DNA of 61,765 bases from Gemmatimonadaceae bacterium (GTDB lineage Bacteria; Gemmatimonadota; Gemmatimonadetes; Gemmatimonadales; Gemmatimonadaceae): assembly GCA_044224875.1 (NCBI GenBank), contig JBGAJQ010000027.1, forward strand, positions 1-61,765, in the 5' to 3' direction. The position numbers were made by a program, and so were the translations under genes. The notes under the pieces were generated by a model that saw only the letters and a list, made by a program, of their open reading frames with translations, searched no databases and was not told the DNA's origin. Position 1 is the stretch's first letter. Every line of letters begins with the position of its first letter. Of this stretch, positions 11,099 through 19,074 are shown one piece after another.

Positions 11099-11419
11099 CT
11101 AGCGAAGTGCTTTTCGTCGTGCGGCGGTCTCTGCCTCGATGCGACCGCACATGATGTCGCACAGCCGAAAGATCTCGCGATCAGCCAGCGCGTAATATGT
11201 GAAGAGCCCTTCCTTGCGCCGCTTGAGGTAGCCGAGCTGGTGCAGGAATGAAAGGTGTTTCGAGACATTGGCCTGTCCCAGCGCAGTCGCCTCGACCAGC
11301 TCGGTCACACTGCGTTCTCCGTCGCGAAGCTCATTCAACAGCCGCAACCTGGCCGGGTCGGACAGGGCGCGAAACCGGTCAGCGACCAGCTCGAGCATCT
11401 CGCGATTCATCGTCTTCAT
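11099..11419 (-). CDS. ArsR/SmtB family transcriptional repressor
   Basis: FRALSDPARLRLL, QANVSKHL helix-turn-helix, C-terminal helix CDIMC. Confidence 0.9.
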   Translation of the reverse strand: MKTMNREMLELVADRFRALSDPARLRLLNELRDGERSVTELVEATALGQANVSKHLSFLHQLGYLKRRKEGLFTYYALADREIFRLCDIMCGRIEAETAARRKALR

Positions 11420-11482
11420 GGTCGTGGGGCACAGGACGGTGGCGCTTTCGGGGAAACTCCGACCGCGGCGCTTCGCTCCTTT

Positions 11483-11503
11483 ACTATATAACTCATCAGC
11501 GAT
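11483..11503. promoter_or_regulatory. Putative ArsR operator/promoter, copy 1 (ACTATATAACT-catc-AGCGAT)
   Basis: AT-rich island between the divergent arsR and DUF302 genes; 17 of 21 bp identical to the copy at 18120. Confidence 0.6.
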
Positions 11504-11547
11504 GGACTTGCTCGCCACGTCCCGTGCCTTTAGACAAGGAAGAACCG

Positions 11548-11964
11548 ATGATTACGCAAACCACACCATACGGCATCTCGACGGTAGTGCCACTCCCGTA
11601 CGAGACAGCCGTCCAACGCACGCGAGAGGCGCTGGCCGGCCAGGGTTTTGGCGTACTGACCGAGATCGACGTCGCGGCGACGCTGCAGAAGAAGATCGGC
11701 GCGACGTTCCGCCCGTACGTCATCCAGGGCGCCTGTAACCCGCCGTTGGCCCATCAGGCGCTCACAGCCGAGCTGGACATCGGGCTGCTGTTGCCCTGCA
11801 ACGTGATCGTGTACGCTGGCGATGCTCCCGGCACGAGCGTGGTGGCGGCCATGGATCCAGTGGCCGCGTTGTCGCTCACGGGACGCTCGGATATCCGCGA
11901 CCTGGCGGTGCAGGTGCGCGGCCGCCTGGAGGCGGCCCTCGCCACGCTCCCCTCGTCTGCCTAA
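11548..11964 (+). CDS. DUF302 domain protein
   Basis: GFGVLTEIDV, GACNP, LLLPCNVIVY; RBS AAGGA upstream of MITQT. Confidence 0.88.
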   Translation: MITQTTPYGISTVVPLPYETAVQRTREALAGQGFGVLTEIDVAATLQKKIGATFRPYVIQGACNPPLAHQALTAELDIGLLLPCNVIVYAGDAPGTSVVAAMDPVAALSLTGRSDIRDLAVQVRGRLEAALATLPSSA

Positions 11965-12164
11965 CGGGCTGGGCGACACCCGGGGAACCCCACCGCGCCG
12001 AGGATGCGTTCGAGTGGACAGAAGCCGGTAACACTCGACTGGAGCAGGTTGAACCCGACGAAGGCCGTGAACGCAAACCACGCGGGGTGCACCCACCAGC
12101 CTAACGCAACGGATACGAGAATGAAGACGCCGGCAAAGCGACGGATGATTTGTTCGTTGCACAT
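11961..12164 (-). CDS. DUF2892 (YgaP-like) small membrane protein
   Basis: 67 aa, two TMs, FVGFNLLQS, GFCP motif. Confidence 0.85.
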   Translation of the reverse strand: MCNEQIIRRFAGVFILVSVALGWWVHPAWFAFTAFVGFNLLQSSVTGFCPLERILGAVGFPGCRPAR

Positions 12165-12179
12165 GGTTCCGGTGGTTGG

Positions 12180-12470
12180 CTAGAAGAAGGTCTCGGTGGG
12201 CAGCACCGCGACGTGCAGGTGTTCGCCCGGCTCGAGTTGTGCGGCATGTGTCCGTAACGACGCGACGAGGGTCGGCGCGCGCTCGGACGGCACCACCGTC
12301 AGCAGCACCGTGGTCTCGCCGGGCCATGCCCGCGAGCCCTCCATGCGACCGGTAGCGCCCGCCCCTCGCCCCGGTGCGAGTTCGGTGTACCCTTCGACGT
12401 GCTCCGCCTCAAGCAGCGCCTCGATGCGCCTCGGGGTCGGTCCCCCGTACATGATCAACAGCAGCTTCAT
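12180..12470 (-). CDS. PII-like small protein associated with RND transporters
   Basis: GYT...GRGATG...WPG pattern typical of PII-fold transporter-associated proteins; RBS AAGGAG. Confidence 0.7.
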   Translation of the reverse strand: MKLLLIMYGGPTPRRIEALLEAEHVEGYTELAPGRGAGATGRMEGSRAWPGETTVLLTVVPSERAPTLVASLRTHAAQLEPGEHLHVAVLPTETFF

Positions 12471-15400
12471 TCTCGGTCTCCTTGCGGTGCGTGAGCTCCC
12501 AGTACAGGAGCGGCACGACGAACATGGTCAAGAGCGTCGCGACGACCGCGCCACTCATCAGCGCCACCGCCAAACCCTGAAAGATCGGATCGAGTACCAT
12601 GACGATACCGCCGATGACGACGGCCGCCGCGGTTAACGCGATGGGGCGGAATCGTACGGAGCCCGCCTCGATCACCGCGTCTCGCAGGGAGCGGCCGCGC
12701 GCCTCGGCAAGCTGGATGAAGTCCACCAGCAGGATCGAATTGCGCACGATGATCCCGGCGAGTGCGATCATCCCGATCATCGACGTGGCCGTGAAGAACG
12801 CGCCGGACACCGCGTGCCCTGGCAGGATGCCGATCAGGGTGAGCGGGATCGGCGCCATGATCACGAGTGGAATGGTGAACGACTGGAACCAGCCGACCAC
12901 CAGGACGTAGATCAGCAGCAACACTGCCGCGAAGGCGATCCCGAGATCTCGGAAGACCTCGATCGTGACCTGCCACTCACCGTCCCACTTGACGGCCAGT
13001 TCATCCAGCCGCGCTGGCGCCGAGGCGTTGTACCTGCCTATCGTCGCGCCCTGCACGCGAATGGCGTCGAGCTTCGTGTTCATGTCGAGGATGGCGTACA
13101 CGGGTGACTCGATGCTGCCCGCCACGTCGCCAGTTACGTAGATCACCGGGCGAAGGTTCTTTCGCATACGCATGGATTCGCGCGTTCCTTCGACCGGTGT
13201 GACAAAGCGCGCTAGCGGCTGCGGTCCCATCGCCGTCGCCACCGGCAATGAGAGGAGGTCTGCCACACGATCGCGCTGGGACTTGTCCAGGCGTGTCACG
13301 ATCGGTACCGGCTCTCGCGCGGTCGGTTGTTCGGCAAGCCCCGACGGCGCACCGGACAACGCCAGGTACAACACCTGGGTGACCTGCTCGACACTGGCTC
13401 CCACCGCAGCCACGCGCACTCGGTCCACCCGAAACGTCGTCTTGGCTTCCGGCGCTTCGATGGTCCAATCCACGTCCACGACGCCGGGGGTGGTTTCGAA
13501 CACCTGCTTGACCTGACGCGCCGCTTCCAGGCGCGCGGCGTCGTTGGCCGCGTAGACTTCGGCCACAAGGGTCGACAGCACCGGCGGACCCGGCGGGATC
13601 TCCGCCACCTTCACCGCGGCACGATACCGCGCACCGATCGAGTCGAGGGCCGGACGCACGGCCACGGCGATCGCATGACTCTGCCGCGACCGCTCGCCCT
13701 TGGGCGCGAGGTTCACCTGGACGTCCACGACGTTGGCGCCGCGCCGCATGAAGTAGTGACGCACCAACCCGTTGAAGTTGAACGGCGCCGCCACACCCGC
13801 GTATACCTCGGTGCTCTGCACTTCAGGTATCGACCGCAGGGACGACGCCAGCTCATTGCCTAACGCGTTACTCGTCTCCAGCGCCGTTCCCTCGGGCAAG
13901 TCGGCAATCACCTGGAATTCGCTCTTGTTGTCGAATGGCAGCATCTTCACCTGCACTGCCTTCACCAGCAGCAGGCTCACCGAAACCAACAGCAGCACCA
14001 CGGTCCCGGCGTAAAACGCGTACCGTCGGCGCGGATGGGCAATGAGCGGGCCGAGGAGCCTGGCATAGAGCACGCCAAACCGCCCCAGTTCCTCCGGCTC
14101 GTGCGATCGGTCGATAGCCAGCGACGTCTTGGCGACGTGTCCCTTCAGCAGCTTCAGCGACAGGTAGGGCGTGACGATGAACGCCACGGCCAATGACGCG
14201 ATCATGGCTACCGATGCGCCCACGGGAATCGGTCGCATGTACGGCCCCATCAACCCCGACACCACGGCCATCGGGAGGATCGCCGCAATGACGGTCAGCG
14301 TCGCCAGGATGGTGGGGTTACCCACCTCGTCCACGGCTTCAACAGCCGCAACATCCGGCGTTCGATCCCCGCGCACCAGGTGCCGGTAGATGTTCTCGAC
14401 CACCACGATGGCATCATCCACCAGGATGCCGATCGAGAAGATCAAGGCAAACAGCGTGATGCGATTGAGCGTGTACCCCAGCGCGTAGTAGGCGAACAGC
14501 GTGAGGCCTAACGTGACGGGGACTGCCACCAGCACGACGACGGCTTCTCGCCAGCCGAGAAAGAGGCCGACCAGGATCGTGACGGACAGGGTCGCGATGA
14601 GGAGATGGAGGATGAGTTCGCGCGCCTTCTCCGACGCGGTCTCACCGTAGTCTCTTGTGACGTCCACTCGCACATCGCGCGGCAGCAACCGGGCGCTCGC
14701 CTCATGGACCCTCGCGTCCACCGCCCGGGTGATCGTGATGGCATTCGCGCCCTTGCGCTTGGCCACCATGATCGTCACCGCCTGTTCGGGCACACCGTCA
14801 CGAGTGGCGTGGGAGACATAGCTCGTCACCTCGCCGAAATCTTCCGTCAACGTGGCAATGTCACGCACTCGCACTGGCATGCCCGATCGCGCGCTCACGA
14901 CGACGTCGCCGACATCTCGAGCGGTGGAGAGGCCGGCACCGGCGTCGACACGAACCACCGTATTGCCGGTGGTCACCTCGCCGGTCTGGAGCCTTGCGTT
15001 GGCACCCCGTAACGCGGCCATGACCTCACCGGGAGAGACTCCGCGCGCCGCCAGCTTCGACAAGTCGAGGGAAACCGAGACCTGCCGAGGTTGGCCCCCA
15101 ATGACGCTCGTCTCCGCGACGTCCGGGACAGTGCGGATCTCATCCTCGAGGTGCGTCGCCAGTTGTCGAAGGTCGTTGGAGCTGTAGGATGGCGATGCCA
15201 ACGTCAGCGTCATGACCGGAACGTCGTCGATGGCGTGCGGCTTGACGATTGGAGGCTGTACGCCTGGCGGGACCTGATCCATGGCCGCCGCCAGCTTTGC
15301 CTGAACCTTGGTGACGCTGCGCTCCTGGTCCTCGCCCACCTTGAAACGAACGGTCACGAGCGTGAACCCTTCCCCAGCCGATGCGTACACGTACTCGACA

Positions 15401-15636
15401 CCGGGAATCTCCCACATCCGGCGTTCGATCTGACGCGTCAGTCGTTGCTCCACTTCAACCGGTGACGCGCCGGGCATGGCGGCCACGACGTCGATCATCG
15501 GCACGGAAATCTGTGGCTCTTCCTCGCGGGGCGTGGCGAAGATGCCGAGCACTCCAGCCGCCAGTGAGGCCACCGTCACCAGCGGCGTCAGCTTCGACTT
15601 CAGGAAGGCCTGCGCGATACGTCCTGAGGCGCCCAT
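12409..15636 (-). CDS. RND efflux permease (AcrB/CusA superfamily)
   Basis: PREEEPQI, GILVDDAIVVVEN, MLPFDNKSE, RNSILLVDF, RFRPIALT; start MGASGRIA; the 3' end may really lie near 12467. Confidence 0.92.
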   Translation of the reverse strand: MGASGRIAQAFLKSKLTPLVTVASLAAGVLGIFATPREEEPQISVPMIDVVAAMPGASPVEVEQRLTRQIERRMWEIPGVEYVYASAGEGFTLVTVRFKVGEDQERSVTKVQAKLAAAMDQVPPGVQPPIVKPHAIDDVPVMTLTLASPSYSSNDLRQLATHLEDEIRTVPDVAETSVIGGQPRQVSVSLDLSKLAARGVSPGEVMAALRGANARLQTGEVTTGNTVVRVDAGAGLSTARDVGDVVVSARSGMPVRVRDIATLTEDFGEVTSYVSHATRDGVPEQAVTIMVAKRKGANAITITRAVDARVHEASARLLPRDVRVDVTRDYGETASEKARELILHLLIATLSVTILVGLFLGWREAVVVLVAVPVTLGLTLFAYYALGYTLNRITLFALIFSIGILVDDAIVVVENIYRHLVRGDRTPDVAAVEAVDEVGNPTILATLTVIAAILPMAVVSGLMGPYMRPIPVGASVAMIASLAVAFIVTPYLSLKLLKGHVAKTSLAIDRSHEPEELGRFGVLYARLLGPLIAHPRRRYAFYAGTVVLLLVSVSLLLVKAVQVKMLPFDNKSEFQVIADLPEGTALETSNALGNELASSLRSIPEVQSTEVYAGVAAPFNFNGLVRHYFMRRGANVVDVQVNLAPKGERSRQSHAIAVAVRPALDSIGARYRAAVKVAEIPPGPPVLSTLVAEVYAANDAARLEAARQVKQVFETTPGVVDVDWTIEAPEAKTTFRVDRVRVAAVGASVEQVTQVLYLALSGAPSGLAEQPTAREPVPIVTRLDKSQRDRVADLLSLPVATAMGPQPLARFVTPVEGTRESMRMRKNLRPVIYVTGDVAGSIESPVYAILDMNTKLDAIRVQGATIGRYNASAPARLDELAVKWDGEWQVTIEVFRDLGIAFAAVLLLIYVLVVGWFQSFTIPLVIMAPIPLTLIGILPGHAVSGAFFTATSMIGMIALAGIIVRNSILLVDFIQLAEARGRSLRDAVIEAGSVRFRPIALTAAAVVIGGIVMVLDPIFQGLAVALMSGAVVATLLTMFVVPLLYWELTHRKETENEAAVDHVRGTDPEAHRGAA

Positions 15637-15637
15637 G

Positions 15638-16672
15638 CTATTTCTCCGGTGACTGCGCCGGGACGAGCACTTCGGCCCCCGCGTCGAGTCCGGCGACCAC
15701 CTCCACGAAGTCACCGAAGGTTCGGCCCGTGCGTATCCAACGTGTCGTGGCAGCTCCCCCTTGTGCGCCCTTGATGCGCACTCCGGTCAAGTCGCCCTCG
15801 TGCACCAGGGCCTGACGCGGAACCAGGCGCGTGGTGACCTTCCCTGCCCCCAGCCAAACGGTGGCCGCGCCACCCGGCGTTAGGCTGCCCTTTCGATTGT
15901 CGACGACGACATTCACCGTCAGCAGCGAGGCAGCCGCCGGAACGACGCCTTCGATGACACCGCGCGCCGGTACCCCCTCGACCGAGACGTCGATGGCCGA
16001 TCCCGGGCGAATCCCCTTGGCTTCACTCGGGGCCGCAGTCGCGACGATCCGTAAGCGCGAGTGATCCTGAACGGTCGCAATGGGTGTCCCTGGCGCCGCG
16101 AAGGCCCCCGGGTCCACAAAGCGCTGCGTCACGACGCCCGCGAATGGCGCGCGTACGGCGCTGTACGACGCGATCGCCGCCAGCTCCTCCTGTCCGGCCC
16201 GCGCTTGCGCCACGCCGGCGTTCGCGCGGGCAAGTCCGGCCTCGGCGGCATCCAGCTGCGCCTTTGGCGCGGCGCTGTCTGCGTACAGTGCGCGCATCCG
16301 CGTCGCCATCAACTCGGCCTCGTGTTGCGCCGCCTCGGCCCCCGCGATGGAGGCGCGCACTTGCGCCGCCTTGGCGTCGACATCTCGACTGTCGATGTGC
16401 GCGAGAATGGCTCCGGCGGCCACGTGCGCCCCGGCGTCGGCGAACACGGCGGTCACTGCCCCCATCATCTTCGTGCTCAGCGTGGCCTGACGATACGGCT
16501 GCGCCGAACCCGTGATCTCGTGCTGCGCGAGCACGGTGGTGTCACGGACGACATAGACGGTGGATGGTGGCTCAGCGGCGGCGGCTTCGTGAACCACCGG
16601 CGGTACGTCGCCCCCGCAGGCGGACAGCAGCAACAGCACCGCGATACCTGCCGCGGAGTAGGTCTTCGTCAT
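15638..16672 (-). CDS. RND periplasmic adaptor (MFP) lipoprotein
   Basis: Lipobox LSAC, lipoyl half-motifs, alpha-hairpin, RAPFAGVV. Confidence 0.9.
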   Translation of the reverse strand: MTKTYSAAGIAVLLLLSACGGDVPPVVHEAAAAEPPSTVYVVRDTTVLAQHEITGSAQPYRQATLSTKMMGAVTAVFADAGAHVAAGAILAHIDSRDVDAKAAQVRASIAGAEAAQHEAELMATRMRALYADSAAPKAQLDAAEAGLARANAGVAQARAGQEELAAIASYSAVRAPFAGVVTQRFVDPGAFAAPGTPIATVQDHSRLRIVATAAPSEAKGIRPGSAIDVSVEGVPARGVIEGVVPAAASLLTVNVVVDNRKGSLTPGGAATVWLGAGKVTTRLVPRQALVHEGDLTGVRIKGAQGGAATTRWIRTGRTFGDFVEVVAGLDAGAEVLVPAQSPEK

Positions 16673-16686
16673 CGTACGTCTCCGAT

Positions 16687-18120
16687 TCATTGGTTCTCGT
16701 CCGCCGACACCGGCGTGGGTGCATCCAGAACACGCAGCTTGCCCGGGTCTCGGCCAATGGCCTTCAATCGTTGGGCGGTGGCGACAACGGCTTGATAGCG
16801 CGCTCCGTCCAGCCCCAACCGACTCTGCGTCTCGAGCGCCGCCGCATCGAGCAACTCAACGACGCCGGCAAGCCCGCCTTCGTACTTTCGGGCAACGATC
16901 CGGTGTGCGTCCCGACTCTGTTGCACCGCTCTTTCCGCTATCGTCAGCCGCGACAGGGCCACTTGTAGTGCAATGGCCGACTGCTCCACTTCCAGTTGGG
17001 CGCGGGCCTCGGCGCCGTCTCGCATTGCCACCGCCGCTTCCAGTCGTCCAGCCGTCGCCTTCTGTTCGGCCAACTCATTGGCGCCCGTGAACGGCGCCCA
17101 CGAGGCCATGACGCCCACAGTCCAGTTCTTCTGGCCGCCAAACGCCCGCGAGGCGGAGTTCCAGTCGTATCGCGCAAAGGAGTTCAGGCGCGGGAGGAAC
17201 ATGGCGCGGGCGCGCCACGCATCGGCACCCGCGGCAGCGGAGGCGTCGCGGGCGGCGGCGACGTCGGCGCGGGTGTCGGGAGTCGCCGACAGCGCGTCCG
17301 ATGCAACCTGCCGGATCGCACTCGCTGGGGGCAGTGCGGGCGCCAGAGTGAATGCCGTGTCATTGGGCGTGCCTAACGCTGTGGCAAGCCCCAGTCTGGC
17401 GGTTGTGGCGTCGCCCTGGGCTTCCAGAAGCAGACTCTCCACCTCACCGGCCTTTACCGATGCCAGGAGTGCATCTGACGGCGTCACGATGCCATTCTTC
17501 GCCATGAGCTCTGCCTGGCGGACGTGCGCCGCGGCGGCCTGGCTGGCCACGGTAAGGGTCGCGACCTTGGCCGTCGCGAGGATGGCGCCATAGTAGGCGC
17601 GCACGACATCGACCTGCGTTTCCGTACTTGTCCAGCTGGCATTTCGTGCGCTTGCACTCGCCGCGCGTCGCGCGGCCAAGCGTCCCGCCCACGCATCGAG
17701 GTTCACGAGGGGCTGCTCGATCACCACGGCCCCCGTCCAGTTCTGCGAGACCGGTGGAAAGTTCAGGCGCTGGGGGTCGAAGTCCGGGGCGGAGATGGTG
17801 CGCTGTCTCAGAGTATTGCCGAAGGCACCAATCGGGTCCGTCGTGCGGAGCAACCCTGCATCGAAGCGCAAAGCGGGCAGTACGCCACGAAGCGCCGCCA
17901 CGGCAGGCGCTTGCTGGGCGATCGCCGCGCCTCTCGCCGCCCGCACGGCATAGGCGCCGCGATCGGCGCGGTCGAGCGCCTGTGAGAGCGTGAGGGCCTG
18001 CGTGCGCGCGGGGTGTAACGGGGCCAGCACCGCAAGCAGGGCGATTGGCGCATAGCGCCACGCGGGATGATTCGAAAGCGTCACGGTACCGTTGCGTCTG
18101 GGTTGGCGAATAACATACAA
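16687..18120 (-). CDS. TolC family outer membrane efflux protein (start uncertain, possibly ~18083)
   Basis: Signal peptide, two OEP repeats, YEGGLAGVVELLDA; first gene of the TolC-MFP-RND operon. Confidence 0.88.
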   Translation of the reverse strand: MYVIRQPRRNGTVTLSNHPAWRYAPIALLAVLAPLHPARTQALTLSQALDRADRGAYAVRAARGAAIAQQAPAVAALRGVLPALRFDAGLLRTTDPIGAFGNTLRQRTISAPDFDPQRLNFPPVSQNWTGAVVIEQPLVNLDAWAGRLAARRAASASARNASWTSTETQVDVVRAYYGAILATAKVATLTVASQAAAAHVRQAELMAKNGIVTPSDALLASVKAGEVESLLLEAQGDATTARLGLATALGTPNDTAFTLAPALPPASAIRQVASDALSATPDTRADVAAARDASAAAGADAWRARAMFLPRLNSFARYDWNSASRAFGGQKNWTVGVMASWAPFTGANELAEQKATAGRLEAAVAMRDGAEARAQLEVEQSAIALQVALSRLTIAERAVQQSRDAHRIVARKYEGGLAGVVELLDAAALETQSRLGLDGARYQAVVATAQRLKAIGRDPGKLRVLDAPTPVSADENQ

Positions 18121-18140
18121 CTATATAACTACGTAGCGAT
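18120..18140. promoter_or_regulatory. Putative ArsR operator/promoter, copy 2 (ACTATATAACT-acgt-AGCGAT)
   Basis: Near-palindrome TATATAACTAC|GTAGCGATATA (2 mismatches) at the 5' end of the tolC operon; matches 11483-11503. Confidence 0.6.
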
Positions 18141-18432
18141 ATAGAGACAAGGGGTTGGTCGGTTCCCTACGCGGTGCGCGTGCCCGTTGCGGGCATTCAG
18201 TGGCCAGGAGAGAATGACGTTGGCCGGCGCACGGGATGCACGGTGGCAAGGGCCTCGTCGCACGAACCCGTCGCTGCGGGAAACCCCGACGGTACGTGAG
18301 GCATTGGATGGCGCGCGTGGATTGCTCCGTGGCGACTCATTGAACAGGGCGCACGTCGCGCCCTGCCGATCGAGGGACGACGATGAACTCGGACTTCCAA
18401 TCAATCGGCGCACTACCTCAGGAGACGGTCGT

Positions 18433-18972
18433 ATGAGAACGCTTCCGGCCCTCACCGCTTCGCTGGTCCTCCTCGCGGGCACGGCTTGCGCCACGATGGA
18501 CATCGGAGCGGACTACGAGCAGTCAGCTACACTGGCTCCCTTTGGTTCCTTCGCCTTTGACACACGCGACGCGCTGCCGACCGGAGATCCCCGATTGGAC
18601 AACAACCCGTTTTTTGATGCGCGGATGCGGGCCGCCGTGGAGTTTGAGATGGCGGCGAAGGGGTTGAAGCGCACGGCCACCAGCGCCGATCTGCTCGTGC
18701 ATTACCACGCCACGGTGTCACAACGAGTCGACGTGCTGCGTTCGGACACCGAGCGTGGCTACACCGACGTCACTGGCACACCGGCGAATGTCGTGCAGTT
18801 TGACGAGGGCACGATCGTGGTCGATGTGGTGGACGCCAAGAGCAAGAAGGTGATCTGGCGAGGATGGGCACGTGCCGACCTTGGTGGCGTGCTGAGCGAC
18901 CCGCACACCATGGACGCCTTCGTGCAGAAGGCGGTCCACGGGATGTTCACCCGGTTCTTGAAGGCCGCATGA
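18433..18972 (+). CDS. DUF4136 family lipoprotein
   Basis: RBS AGGAG, lipobox GTAC, ADLLVHYH, EGTIVVDVVDAKSKKVIWRG. Confidence 0.82.
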   Translation: MRTLPALTASLVLLAGTACATMDIGADYEQSATLAPFGSFAFDTRDALPTGDPRLDNNPFFDARMRAAVEFEMAAKGLKRTATSADLLVHYHATVSQRVDVLRSDTERGYTDVTGTPANVVQFDEGTIVVDVVDAKSKKVIWRGWARADLGGVLSDPHTMDAFVQKAVHGMFTRFLKAA

Positions 18973-18995
18973 CGTTTCGCGGCGTTCTGAGAAAG

Positions 18996-19028
18996 CACAA
19001 CGGCCGCCCGTTCAGGGCGGCCGTTGTG
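18996..19028. terminator. Hairpin between convergent genes (probable bidirectional terminator)
   Basis: Perfect 14-bp stem CACAACGGCCGCCC / GGGCGGCCGTTGTG with 5-nt loop GTTCA. Confidence 0.7.
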
Positions 19029-19074
19029 GCAATGCCTGCTTCGACTCGTGGGCTACTGCACGCGCACCGTCGCC

